A DNA stretch of 58,778 nt, filler included, from Sphacelaria rigidula (Eukaryota), in the NCBI GenBank assembly GCA_964200075.2. It is 9 parts of 9 records of this genome, joined end to end, with 100 filler letters (N's around TTAATTAATTAA, not from the genome) between each part and the next. Parts side by side here need not be neighbours in the genome. Positions count along the whole stretch, not along the records: positions 6,544 to 12,986 come from CAXNAA020020038.1; positions 13,087 to 19,529 come from CAXNAA020020039.1; positions 19,630 to 26,071 come from CAXNAA020020040.1; 6 more parts are not named here. One strand, written 5' to 3'. Of the stretch, positions 11,627 to 23,878 are shown in pieces. The position numbers were made by a program, and so were the translations under genes. The notes under the pieces are model-generated. The model did not search any database. It worked only from the letters and a program-made list of their open reading frames with translations, and was not told where the DNA came from. Within the stretch, counting starts at the first letter, position 1. Every line of letters starts with the position of its first letter.

Positions 11627-14479
11627 AGCTGCACGCAACAGTTCCAGCCAACCTAGCCGTCTCTCCTTTGTCAGCGAGCTCCCTCACTTTACACAGTGCA
11701 CACTCGTGCGTACAAAGTCTGATATAATTTCTCCGCAGCTGCCCACAGCTGAAAAACCTCTTCCAGAAACCAGCGGGTTCCTCTTGATAAACGTTTATTA
11801 TAGAGCTCTTCTGGACTCAGAACAAGGTCACAAGATTGCTCCAAGGGCTTCCTCCGTCACTAGGGCCTGGAGACTTCAAGACAGTTGTTTTTCATGAACA
11901 CACAGCCTTCGTTATCGGAAGTAACCACATGCGTGAAGCATGTGATGTTCAAATTCACACAGTCTGCCGATCAGACCCGCAAGTCCGTCAACCAATAGAA
12001 AACGCCTACAGCAGATTGTTCCACTTGTATATTATCATGAACCTGCTCGTACGTGTACTGGAGGTGGACTACTCTACACCCCTCAAAATGAGCCAAAAAA
12101 GTGTCACTGACCAAAAGCACGAACAGACCGCAGATCTTGTTCATCCTCTGAATATCCACGCCGTAAAATCACCCAAAGTCCTTCCGTTTTGAGAGGGGTT
12201 TCCATTTCACTGTTCCGAAATTTTCTCGTCCCGGAGTACGAACCACGGCGTGGCTCGGCTACTCACCGGCGTGTATTTGTGTAAGCTACGATGTTGGTGC
12301 TTAGTTTGGCGAAATAAGTTATGGTGATCGAGAAAATCGCAATATATATATGTATACATATATATATATATATGTATTTTTTTTTCACTCAATTCGTTAT
12401 AAAACTCGGATCCTGGTGAGTTGAAAAATTCCAAGCATCAAAGTTGTAGCTGTGGTTTTGGCGCAGGTGATGCAAGAATTCGTTTCCCAATCGATGGCCT
12501 TGGTTGGGAGAATTTTCTGAAAGAGATTGGGCTATCAGGGCCCTTCTCAACGAAGGGGATTATCCCCTTTTCCACAACCCCCTTTTGACAGGGGACTTAC
12601 CCCAGGACGACCAGTCCCGAGTCCTATCGACAAGCAGACCCAAGGTCGTTAGTCCAAGCAGGCCCAAGGTCTATGTAATGCTGCAGACAAAACACAACAA
12701 GGCAGCACAACGCCTGCACACCCAGCCCCGAAAAAGACGCACAGACACTCACCACTCACGCGCATTAATTTCACTGCTAGGCCTTGCTAATCTACACACG
12801 GCAGTCTTTGTTCGACAGAAATTCGTTCGGTATTGGACGAATGGCGGCCGCATGCGTGTCAAAAACAACCGAAAACGTGTCATTGCTGACCCTTTTGTGA
12901 GCGTGTGCTGCACGTGAGTCTCACACAAATCATCATTTCTCAACGAATTCTGAACGGATTTGAGCAAGGTCACGCACAACGTGCACNNNNNNNNNNNNNN
13001 NNNNNNNNNNNNNNNNNNNNNNNNNNNNNNTTAATTAATTAANNNNNNNNNNNNNNNNNNNNNNNNNNNNNNNNNNNNNNNNNNNNCAAATTTATAAAAA
13101 GCGTGCGGCGCGCCCTTTCCCCCTTCCTTTTCTTCTCCCCCCCCCCCCCCCCCCCTCCCCCCTTCCAAAGGTACTATTTTGGTATACTATCGCGAAATCG
13201 GTAAATCACGCCACAAACACTTCCCTTGCTCGGAATTCCTCAGACACATCAATTGTAGGTATGCTCTGCACCTGCACCCTATAAAAAACATGGGAAACAA
13301 GGATGTATTCTCGCCCCACATGACCCATGCGAAAAAGAGAGCTTCGCCACGAGTATCCCCCGCCGTACCCTAGTTAGGCTAGATTTGTATAGCTACATCG
13401 GATGCGGTCTCCCTGTTTCCATCAGTACCGTATCTAGACGGACCCTCCCAACCTTCAAGTGTGTCTAGGCGGGTGGGGACTACCCGCGTATCTTTTGTAC
13501 CTAATGCAGCCGGTGCGCGCCGCTGCCCAAAGCCCCGCCAACAGCAACCACGGCACCCGAAAGATTCGACTCTTTTTACCGGTGTACTTGCCGTTCACCG
13601 ACCACAACAACCACACCCGGCGTGCTCTTTACACACGTCGGACAGCTGATGAGCTACCTGTACATTACTTCTTCGTAGCGCATTGATCCGGATCATGAGC
13701 CAGCTCATTTGGCCCGTTTTCCCACATTTACTCCCGATGGCGCTGGACGCCGAGCACGCCGAGTAGAGCAACGGTAGCGCTCCGTCTTCCTCGGACAGCA
13801 GAGTTCACCACCTGGGAGGTATTGGCTTTTAGTGTCGTGCAAAATCCAGACCTTTAATTGGGGTGATGTGCTCTTAATGTGCTCCTAGCGTGCGCAGAAC
13901 GCGTTTTTGTCCTACTCGGCGCCCCAGGCGCCGATTTGAGGTCTGACAATGCATCCTTTGCCTAGAAAAAAAAAACACTTTGCAACCTCCCTTGCCCGAG
14001 GGTTCTCGGTATGCCTTTGTTGGGGTTGGGATTAGGGTTGGGGTTAGTGTTATTCGAAATCATAAGTTTCCGAGAAACTTCCCATAGCTACCAAGTGGTA
14101 AACTATCCTCTTCCTCGGACCCCCCTGTCGACGTGTTTTGACTTTTTTTTACAAGAGATCTGAGAGTCCTTTTCGATTGCTGATTTGAGGTAGCTCATGG
14201 GCTGTCCGACTTGTGATTTTTCGGAAGTAATACCCAAGATTGATCCGATCAAAAATTACATTAAAATAAACCGTCGCTCGGAGGTGCATCAGTACGCAGC
14301 TATCCTTCCAGTACAGCCCCGCTTCCATTATCCCGCAATGCAGTCCCGCGTGTCCTTTTTCGAACACAGAGTTCGCCACCAAATTTCTTCGATAACAATC
14401 GCCCGCTGCGGCGCAGGAAGAAGTTTCTTTGATATTTACCATTCCGCCTTGTTTTTTTGTGGAGAGTAGTTTTTCTTTG

Positions 14480-14633
14480 TCGCACTTTGAACCTCTCCCC
14501 TTCCTCGGGACGAGTCCGTGGTGTCAAGGGATCAACCCATCTCTCCCCCGGTACACGCCTTGCATGTTGGTCTTGTGGATTGGGTCATGACTATCAGCAC
14601 TCCCGCACTGTGTCAAGTCTCGTCAAACAAACT
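14480..14633 (-). mobile_element. 5'-truncated SINE, group A
   Basis: Core and tail match 55320-55460 (CCTCGGGACGAGTCCGTGG, CTCGTCAAACAA). Confidence 0.75.
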
Positions 14634-14636
14634 CAT

Positions 14637-14670
14637 TAGTAGTAGTAGTAGTAGTAGTAGTATCATCATT

Positions 14671-14708
<38 letters not shown>

Positions 14709-14711
14709 TAC

Positions 14712-14808
<97 letters not shown>
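14637..14808. repeat. Compound microsatellite (AGT)n(ATC)n(TTA)n
   Basis: Directly visible. It is probably the (ATA)n tail of a minus-strand retroposon end (...TGTAATGTGCGATAATAAT). Confidence 0.95.
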
Positions 14809-16824
14809 CGCACATTACACTGACCTGCTTTTCGTTTGCTTCCGCGCTCGAGCTTTCGACGGTGAAAACCAGATACTTCCAAGAGAAAACCCAACACATT
14901 GGGAATCGTGACCGCATTTGCTCCACCCTGATGGTGACACTCGAACTAGTAGACTACCGCGGCGCGCATGTCACGCTTAAAGGGGGTGCATTCCGAAGTG
15001 GAGCGACAGGAGAAGAGTTGTTTTTTCGGGGAAGACGGCCCCGCTCAGGGTACATGTACAACACACCTGCCCAAAATACGGCCATCTCACCCACTGTGAT
15101 GGCGAGATACCTGAAGATGATGACGACACCGGAAGTCGTACCCGAAATTGTCCCCCAGAGGTGGTACCCGAATATGACGTTTTCCCTACTTTTTTGGTCA
15201 TGGTCTCAACCTCCTCTCCCTTCCTCCCGTTGTGATGGACGTCTTGGGGAGCGCGGGTATACTCTGTGTAAGAACACACGTGCGTCTGCCTGCTTATATA
15301 ATAGTATTCACGGCTGAAGATTCATGACATCCAAATTATCCGTGTTTCCGTTATCCAACTTTTGGACATTTCGGCGCGCGCTCCCCCCGTCCCCGGCTGT
15401 CCTCGCCCGTCCCTTTTTTATTTTTTGTTTTTGTGGCGGCGGCGGGGGGGGGGGGGTTCTTGTGTGCGTTTTTCATTTTGAATCGCGTATAGGAGCACAC
15501 ATCTCGGGATCGTGAGCTCATACATCATGCAGCACCAAAAGAGAGAGAAAAAGGTGAGTCTTTTTTCTTTCGCATTTTGCCGTCTCTTCTTCTGACTGTT
15601 CACGTTCGTCTTTGGATTTGAATGTTTGGACATGGTGCTCCAAGCTTACGGGCGGGCTCATTGTCGAACCTTTTGACTGCAACGTTTTTGGAGTCTTCAC
15701 TGGACAACCATTTGCGGCTGTACGTCAATTCACAAAGGTCCGAATTGGCCTACATAAGATTCACTAGAAAATGGCCACTTTGCAATATAAATGATATTAC
15801 TTGATGAGCATATGATGGCAGCAGCCACCAGCAATAATTTTCGGTTGGTTCGTCACTGAATTGATCAGTTTTCACCTTTTTCTCTCACAGATGTGACGGT
15901 CAGATCATTGCAATCAATCGTACAGGCAAGTTGTGTAAGAGGTCTACGCCAAAGTGGCGCGGGCAGCTTTGTCCTACATGAGCCGTTCACACGCTGGACA
16001 ACAGACGGTATCTACTGCAATAGCAATAGAATCTGCCGCAGTAGATGCCAATATTGTCGCTCGTAACGGCCATCGATCGACAAGTCTCTCAATCTATCAT
16101 CGTTGGCAATGTCTATCGATAGACCCCTTTCCCACACTGTTGCCCGGGCAGGAGTCTATTGTGGCCCTACACCTAAAACTATTGGCGTCGACCGGTTGTA
16201 TCGATCGATAGAATGTGTGCCAAATCTATTGATGGCGGTAATGATCATCGATGGATACATACCAGAATCTACTGTGGTATACAACGCCTACCGATAGATA
16301 TTTTCTGTAGTCTATTGCCACACCTACATTGCAATATACTATGTACAGAGCATACTATACTCTGTTGAAGTAAGGTAAACAAACAGGCCGCAGGTGAGAA
16401 CATGCGGTGGGTATATGATGATACTACTTGTGAAAATATCACGTCACGATTCTGAAAATTCGGAACAGTTGCTTGTTGTAGGAATTCACAATGTGGACAA
16501 AACTTTACGAGTTTTGTTGTCGGTGTGGTGTTGGTACTCACTGTTGTCCCTCTGATGGACATGAGCGTTTATAGTACTTTTGCGCGTGCGTAAGGTGTGC
16601 TTATACCCTGGACAGAAAATAGACTTTGTAATAGGACGTTGCAGCTGCAGTAGTCCCGAAAATTTGATTGTCAATGTTCAATATCTGTCCTATTCGACTG
16701 GCATCACTGTATATCGATAGCTATTGTAGGTGACAATAGATTCAGGACAAGGAGACAGAATGTATCGTTGCCGTGACGATGGAGAGGCCAAGTTGTCGAT
16801 CGATGCAGGTTATGTGTTTCAATT

Positions 16825-17012
16825 CGCTCTGAATTGCGGCCACCAATGTCTATTGCTAAAAAGCGCGGCCACTGATACATATTGTTGATCACAACAGGAT
16901 CTAAATTGCGCCTACCAATGTCCATCTATTGCTGGTCACAATAGAATCTGAATTGCGGGCACCAGTGCCAATCGCTGGTCGCAACAGAATCTGAATCGCT
17001 CGGCCACCAATA
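16825..17012. repeat. Degenerate minisatellite, ~42-bp unit
   Basis: Recurring AATCTGAATTGCGGxCACCAxTGxCxATxGCTGGTC(A/G)CAA. Confidence 0.65.
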
Positions 17013-17021
17013 TATTTTGTA

Positions 17022-17221
17022 GAGAGTTTCAGAAAACGCATTTTTTGTCATTCCAGAGAGCGAATATCTCAGGATCAGAGTGTAACGAAAAACTGTTTCC
17101 CCCCTCGTCAAATGTGGTATCCTCTTGACTTTTTTTTCGATGAGTTTTTTTTTTCAATCTGCACTCTGATCCTGAGATACATGCCCTCTGAAATGACAAA
17201 CAATCGTTTCCCGAAACTCTC
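17022..17221. mobile_element. ~200-bp MITE with TA flanks (Tc1/mariner-like)
   Basis: TA|GAGAGTTTCAGAAAACG...CGTTTCCCGAAACTCTC|TA. Reverse homologue of 5708-5909. Confidence 0.8.
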
Positions 17222-17459
17222 TAATACAAGCTGAATGGCGACGATCACTATTATAGTTATGTATGCACATTTTTCGGTAGATGCTCCCATCTTATTCCAC
17301 AGAAGCCGTGGCCAGCCATCGCCTCTGGTAGTTGCGTGTTCATGCTTGAGGAGTACTGCCGTTGATACCATGTGACCACTGCAGTGAGAAGTATATTTAT
17401 TAAAACCCGTCGTTGGCGTCACTGGCTATCCACAGATGCTCCCTAGAACAATCCATTGT

Positions 17460-17755
17460 TGACGGCAATGACTATCAACAAAGTGATCACCAAATATTTC
17501 GATGACGGCACAGGCTATCGATAGACAGCTCACCAAATCTATTGGTGACGGCAATGGCTATCGATAGACAGCTCACCAAATCTATTGATGACGGCAATGG
17601 CTATCGATAGATGGCTCACCAAAATCTATTGATGACGGCAATGGCTATCGATAGATGGCTCACCAAATCTTTTGATGACGACAAAGGCTATTGGTAGACG
17701 GCTCACCAAACCTGTTGATGACGTCAATGGCTATCGATGAATACCTCCCAGATTC
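17460..17755. repeat. Minisatellite, ~43-bp unit x6-7
   Basis: GATGACGGCAATGGCTATCGATAGAcaGCTCACCAAATCTATT repeated in tandem without spacers. Confidence 0.9.
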
Positions 17756-17762
17756 ATTGCGA

Positions 17763-18115
17763 TGTTGTCGTCTCACCTATTCTGGACGCCGGTCTACACC
17801 GTTCGGCATATGTGGGCGCACCAGCCGGGGTCACACAGGAGGAAGGCCAACACAGGACTTTCTTCTTTTTTGTTTGTTTTAATTCTCCACCTTCCTTCTG
17901 CGGTGCTTGCCTTTTACTTTTTTTCATCGCGAGAGGAGGTCAGCAGTCCCTTTTCCTCGTCGACCAATTAGTAGAATTTTGTGTACCCACGACATGGTCG
18001 CTCTCCACTGTTGAGCATTGTGTGAAAAAAATCCCAGATCGCCTCGAGATTCGAACCCACGAGCCAAGCGTCAGAAGGTTCCGAGGTTGCAAACTGAGCC
18101 ACCAGGGCGACCGGC
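17763..18115 (-). mobile_element. Full-length tRNA-derived SINE, group B
   Basis: Head GCCGGTCGCCCTGGTGGCTCAGTTTG (A box)...GGTTCGAATCTC (B box), ~270-bp body ending GAGACGACAACA. Other copies at 39256-39379, 45797-45870, 54578-54916, 57360-57475 and 57900-58000. Confidence 0.85.
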
Positions 18116-19629
18116 TTGCGGTATACGGTGCCTATCGATGGCCAGTGATTTTAATCTCTTGTAATTGCCATAGACTATCGATCGACTCTTGCAACATCTG
18201 TTCTTTGCAGTACACATCAAAGCATGTGTTTCACCATCTTTTGTGTTCGATGATGTATACCGATAGGCTTTACCCCGCGTCTATTATTGCGTCCATTGTC
18301 CAGAGTGTGGAAGCCTTCTATTTCGGTGTCCGAGAGAATGAAGAGCGTGTGCGCGAGAATATGTTTGCGTTATAAGTACATATCTGCAAGCCAGACTTTG
18401 CCGGGTAGCTCGAAGCTGGCTGTTGAGCATATATGACAGAGGCTGCGTACTTCAGGGACTACATGTGTTGACAACATCACCGAGCCTGCAGGAAGCTTGA
18501 CGCGCGGTGTAAAAGTACTCTCTCTCAGGTATCAATCAAGTGGGGGGCGTTAGCCATCTCGCGTCGTCCTCAATGCGAAACAATATATATCAGAACATCA
18601 TTTTCTTACATTCAAACTTTCTGCAAACCACACATGCCGCACATGTACAGTGCAGCACGGGACTGCTCGTACACGGGTTTCGTTTCGACAGGAAGCGGCT
18701 CACGCACTGAAATAAATCATGACATAACCTATTTCCCCGACGGATTCACTGTTGAATATGGAGTGATGATCGTTTTACTTTTACTCATGCTGGTGTGTGA
18801 GTTCGTTGCCGAGGGGGGCGAGCGTAGCAGGCAGGAAGTTTTTTTTTTTTCTTGGGGGCGTAGATGAACGCCAAGTTGGCATGGGTCAGTAGGCGTGCAG
18901 CAGCATTTTGCGATGCTCAAGGGAGGAGGGTACACATGTTTGGTTGTGTGTGGGTGTGTCGACGCCATCGTAGTGCATGACCGCATGTACCGCTGGCGCG
19001 ATCAACGCTATTCTGCTTTGCTCTACTTCTACAGCAGGAAGCTACTGTTCGAGGCTGGTACATGAATAATGACCAATTTGACTACGGCTAAATTCGTAGC
19101 GGTCCCGTTAGTGTGCGACAGTTAAACAATCATCCGATGAATCGATCATGGCGCGTTGCTCACTTGTGTAACAACGGCTGTTCCTACAATATGTAGGCGT
19201 TGACTTCTCACAGAAACAACTGAACCCCCGCCTTTCCCATTCTCGAAAGCCCGGGCGTTTACAGTCTAACTAGGGGATTGGGAGGTATCGATGGTTCGAA
19301 CGATTGAGTGATGTCTCATGAGATGCCCTGCCCGTCCTTCAACTTCTGCTTTGTTTCCAGACCCGTTAGTGCTCAAGGCGTGATTGTTATGCATGAACGC
19401 GGATGTCGCGTGTTTCTCGAATTTCTAACCCCCATGGCTTGCGCTATGGTGAGACACCCATGAGGCTATGTGTAAGCCGTGGCTGTCTCTGGAAGCGGCG
19501 ATACCAGAAAATGAAGAAACTCATTGTTGNNNNNNNNNNNNNNNNNNNNNNNNNNNNNNNNNNNNNNNNNNNNTTAATTAATTAANNNNNNNNNNNNNNN
19601 NNNNNNNNNNNNNNNNNNNNNNNNNNNNN

Positions 19630-19988
19630 CCCTGGTATCGTAGGTATCGTAGGTATGACATTTGAAAATACCGGATTGGGCGGGGTACTGTAGGTTTTGG
19701 AATCTCGAAATACCCTGGCATAGCAGGTATCGTAGGTATGCCGTTTCAAAATACCAGATAGGGCGGGTACGGTAGGTATCGAAATCTCGAAATACCCTGG
19801 TATCATAGGCATCGTATGTATGCCATTTGAAAATACCGGATTGGGCGGGTACGGTAGGCATTGAAATCTCGAAATACCCTGGTATCGTAGGTATCGTGGG
19901 TATGCCATTTGAAAATACCAGATTGGACCGGTATCGATAGGGTATGAGATGTCCCAAATACCGGTACCGGGTACCTACCTTACCTATG
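19630..19988. repeat. ~82-bp tandem repeats x4, probably a subterminal array of a DNA transposon
   Basis: Unit GAAATACCCTGGTATCGTAGGTATCGTAGGTATGCCATTTGAAAATACCGGATTGGGCGGGTACGGTAGGTATCGAAATCTC. Confidence 0.85.
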
Positions 19989-20398
19989 GTGCCTGTGCAA
20001 GGTCGCACACGGTTTTTTTAATATCGGGGCTTAGGATGACTTCAAACGCTGTTTGATGTTGAGCGCGATTCACCGGAGAGCGTCTGCGTATCCCTTTGGC
20101 CATACGCCACCCTTTATAGTCAGCATGAGCATCGCGATATGGCTTCTGGAGACAGTAAATTAATTGGAGTGACAAGAGATTAGAACATGTATTCGACTCA
20201 CGTGGTGACCACTGTCTATTGATCGCTGATATAGCTGTACTGTTCCCGCGTTACCCATATCCTTGGATTAGAATGGTACAGATCGGATCTCCGGATTTAA
20301 GAAATCCGGATTGCATCCATCGTGTACAGATTTGATTCCGGCTATTACCACAGAGTAGACGATTCGCCTCTTTGAAACCGCGTGCCCCACCTCCGCAG

Positions 20399-20662
20399 GT
20401 TTTAGCCAGGAGCATTTCTCTCAGACCAGATGAGGGACCAGATAAGTACTTGTACATGGCACAGCTGCATGAAGGACGACAAGCCCTGATCTTCTACGAA
20501 AAGGGATTGGGTCTCTTGCAAAAGCAGTTGGAGGATGTTGAAGCGGGAGCGAAAGGAAAAGCAGAAACACTGAAGCAGCGGCTATGTTTGGCGTACTGCA
20601 GTGTAGGGGAGCTGTTCCTTACTGATCTATGCTTCGAGGAGGGCGCGGAACAGCGATGTCAG
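20399..20662 (+). CDS. ACL4: Acl4-like TPR protein (assembly chaperone of Rpl4), exon a
   Basis: ccgcag|GTT...CAG|gtaggg, 264 nt. The motifs DKYLYMAQL and AYCSVGELFLTDLCFEEGAEQRC are typical of the family. Confidence 0.85.
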
Positions 20663-21090
20663 GTAGGGGGCGTGCTCATATGTTGAAGCGGCGACATGTT
20701 CACTTGAAGATGTTTGACACTGTCAGAAGACTGTCCATCTACGGACGTTCGAAAGTATTGTCTATCTGCGGGCGCTTAAAGGGCTGGCCCTTGGGTGCGC
20801 GATAGCTCAATCGATCGGAGATGCGACCACTGGAAACATGGGATAAGTAATTGTTCTGCCGTTTGTGACGAGGCCGTGGCTCATGAGAGATGAAATATGG
20901 ATACGATGAATTGCATAATTATTGTCGTTGGGGCTTGTGCTCGTAGAGAGAAGCTGCTCAGCTGTGGCGTGGGGGTTGCCGGCATTGAAGGGCACTTGAC
21001 ATCATTGTTCGAAGCCGTCTCGCGCGCCAAGGAATAAAACAGAGCCCCAAGCGTTTCCATTGGCACACGTGCACTCAAAATATTTCCTTA

Positions 21091-22054
21091 GGCCGCTTCT
21101 TATAGACTGAACAAAGTCACTGAAAAAAGTTCGAGCGGATGGCTTTCTTAGTGACTGTGTTGAGAGAAGTAAGTTTTCAAAACTCCACCTTATACTCGTA
21201 GTCTATGAAGAAATCCTTGGGATTTGTACAACCGAGGCCATCATCTAGCCTGCGTGCAGACGGTGGTAATGGTTATAATTTTCATTTTTTGCTTGTGCCA
21301 CGTGCGGTAAACTAACACTTGAATAATTCCGTCCAGGTACAGGATAGGTGGGATGGCAACACACATACACACACACAGTAGCTACTGGTATAATAGGAAT
21401 CGAAATGACAGGCGTATCAACCCTCACTTCAGCCGACCGTCGCTTGGTACAGATACGGTAGTCGTGTCGCAAGCGATGCAGTGTGCAGCAGCACGGCTTG
21501 TGCCATACCGCACACAACAAACGCACGTGAGAGTCAGTAGTGCGGTAGCAACCGTCCCAGTACACAGAATACTACAGAGGTCGCAATCGGTGGCGGGCAC
21601 GACGAGCATGAAACGATACGAGCAGTCAATACAGCCAGCAGGGACGACACCGTGCTATTTTATAGTAGTAACGCTGCCGGCGAAAAGCACTGTACCTTAC
21701 TATCTGTGCCTGGTCCTACGGTCATGAGGATGCACGAAGTGCTGCAGCAAATATGCTGTTTCTACCATACTGTTGTACATACAACATGCATAGCTACTTT
21801 AGCACTGACTGTACTACAATTGTATGCGAGGAGTGTGTGATGGAACGTCACTTTACAGACAGAGAAAAGTCTCTGGGAACTGGATGCTTTTCTGAAAGAA
21901 ATTCGGAAACATCTCGCTGTCTAGAACGACTGTCAGTTTCCAGATACAATTTCCATGAAAAATGGCCCTATAAGGTTGCGTTCTGACAAATGTTTATGGA
22001 AACTGACCAACACGGGTCTTCTCAGTGACTTTTTTCAGTCTAAAAGGAGCGGTA
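21091..22054. mobile_element. Non-autonomous PIF/Harbinger-like element in an intron
   Basis: TTA|GGCCGCTTCTTATAGACTGAACAAAGTCACTGA...TCAGTGACTTTTTTCAGTCTAAAAGGAGCGGTA|TAA. TIR shared with 6913-7388. Confidence 0.65.
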
Positions 22055-22977
22055 TAATGCCACCACTTGGTACATGTATCTACATGTTCGCACCGATACA
22101 TTTGGTGTCTCCTCAAGCGTCAAATAGGCAATGCGCGACGCGTGTGATTACTAACAACGGTTTGGACATTGAATGTGGGGCATGGGCGCATGGTTTATTC
22201 GAGATCAGCGTTCCGGGTATCAGACAAGTATCTACCATTTTGACCTAATTTTACGAGTGGTGCATTTGACTAATGATGGAGGTAGATCAAGCACGGTATA
22301 GATGTTTCAGAGATATCTCTCACGTGTTGAGCGGCATCTCTCATCTGAGTCCGTCGGCAATTGGCAATAACGATGGATGAAATCCATCACCTCCGGTGGG
22401 TTGGTGTGGTAGAGGGATGAAATGACTGGTTCCCAAGAAGGGGGAGTAGATATGCATTACGTTTCAGCGATACACACCACGTGCTTGGTGCCATCGTCGT
22501 ACGTACGGGACAAGCCCAGCTGACGGCTGGCACCCCGATGAGCATGTTGAAAACAGAGGAAGCGATACGTCAAAGTCTTGAGAGACGTGGTGAATGAAGT
22601 AACATGGGTGTGCGCCGCCGTCGAAGGCACCAACTGGTGGTCCTGTACCCGGTGTCACAGTAAATATTCACAATTCGTGCCGCTGTTGTCATGCATCTGA
22701 ATGCTAGGATTAGACTTGCTACTTGAGAGTATATGTAACAGCAAACTGTACTTGTGCGCTGTACGGCCGGTAGCCAGAGCGGCCCGGAGCTGTGGTCGGA
22801 AGCAAGGTTACCCAGTTTCTTGAGATCCAAGGACGGAGCGCATTCGCCTCTCTTATATAATCAAGACAGAGATTCATGAGCACGCATCGAATAGCTCACG
22901 AATTCCCCGTATCCTATATCCCCTTTTGGACGCTCGCCATTCCATGTGGCTTCGTCCGTGTGGTCTCGGCCGGGCAG

Positions 22978-23119
22978 GACGCTCTAGACCGAAGTATGGC
23001 ATATGACTATGGGGGTCCGGAGCCCCTCCATGCTTTGGCTAACCTCTGCCTTAGCCAAAGTAGGCCAAAGGACGCAGTGTCGTCCGCGGAAGAAGCATTC
23101 CAACGACTTGGTCTGTGCG
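22978..23119 (+). CDS. ACL4: Acl4-like TPR protein, exon b
   Basis: gggcag|GAC...TGC G|gtgggt, phase 0/1. DALDRSMAYDYGGPEPLHALANLCLSQSRPKDA. Confidence 0.85.
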
Positions 23120-23501
23120 GTGGGTGGACAAGCTTCTGTTGTAGAGTACCTCGCTGCTGTGAGCGTATGTGCGTATTGAGATCGTTGGAACAGGTTGTGT
23201 GAGCATCGCCATCTGCTCCAGAGCTAGGAAGCACCTGACTGAATATCTATAATTTTCTGTACGTAAATGAGTTGGATGCATTGGGGTACGAGCAAGGTTG
23301 CTGGTTGCATCTTTATCTTGTACTCATAGGCAAATTCGGCGGTACCATAGGAAGCGTTGGGTACCAGAGAAGAATATGCCATGAATGCGTACAGCCCAAC
23401 TTCAGGAGAGTTCTTTGCACAAGTGTTGGCCATTATATGACCACAGCAGTACCAGATGATGACAATTGGATGTGATGTGTCGAACTCTTGTTCGCCTGCA
23501 G

Positions 23502-23587
23502 AGCCCCCACCAGATCAGGAGTTTCGCGTGTCACTCGCGAAGATATTGATGGAGTGCTCAGCGGTCGAGAAGAAGTGCTGCGAGAAG
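23502..23587 (+). CDS. ACL4: Acl4-like TPR protein, exon c
   Basis: ctgcag|AG...AAG|gttagt, phase 1/0. PPPDQEFRVSLAKILME. Confidence 0.85.
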
Positions 23588-23765
23588 GTTAGTGTTACGC
23601 CGACTCGACAGTGTACTTGTCTGCTATTTTCGGCATGTCGGAGTATCAACTGATGGATGATCGCTCCGACGGCATCACTGCACAATTAAAATACCCACTC
23701 GATTCTGACCTCAACGAGCAAGGCGGGTACTGCGATGTTTCCCCTGTTGCCGTCCGGGATTGCAG

Positions 23766-23878
23766 GCTCTCGATGTGTTGAATGGACTGATGCAGGAGGA
23801 TGATGAGAACGTGGAGTTATGGTATCTCACGGCTGTTGCTTTCAACGGACTCGACCCGCCCGACTACGAGAGCGCTAG
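23766..23878 (+). CDS. ACL4: Acl4-like TPR protein, exon d
   Basis: ttgcag|GCT...AG|gtgagg, phase 0/2. ALDVLNGLMQEDDENVELWYL. The first and last exons of the gene were not identified. Confidence 0.85.

Noticed and set aside
13640..13690. Hammerhead candidate CTGATGA-GCTAC...GTAGC
   Set aside because: GAAA is replaced by GCAT and stems I and III are absent, so it is likely chance.
14020..14052. Telomere-like TTAGGG motifs
   Set aside because: Only a few degenerate units in an internal position.
14940..15750. Possible minus-strand exons (ENVIFGYHLWGTISG...; ANSDLCELTYSRKW...)
   Set aside because: Splice phases could not be reconciled and no family was recognised, so they are left uncalled.
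17460..17755. CRISPR-like regular repeats (also 19630-19988, 56555-56668)
   Set aside because: The units abut with no unique spacers, there are no cas genes, and the context is eukaryotic. These are minisatellites.
18036..18115. Functional tRNA genes at the A/B-box heads (also 39300-39379, 52440-52513, 55164-55240)
   Set aside because: No proper acceptor or anticodon stems, copies are diverged, and each is attached to a repeated body. They are SINE heads.
17737..18375. 212-aa ORF (and the similar ORFs at 54582 and 54707)
   Set aside because: Antisense read-through of SINE B with no protein motif.
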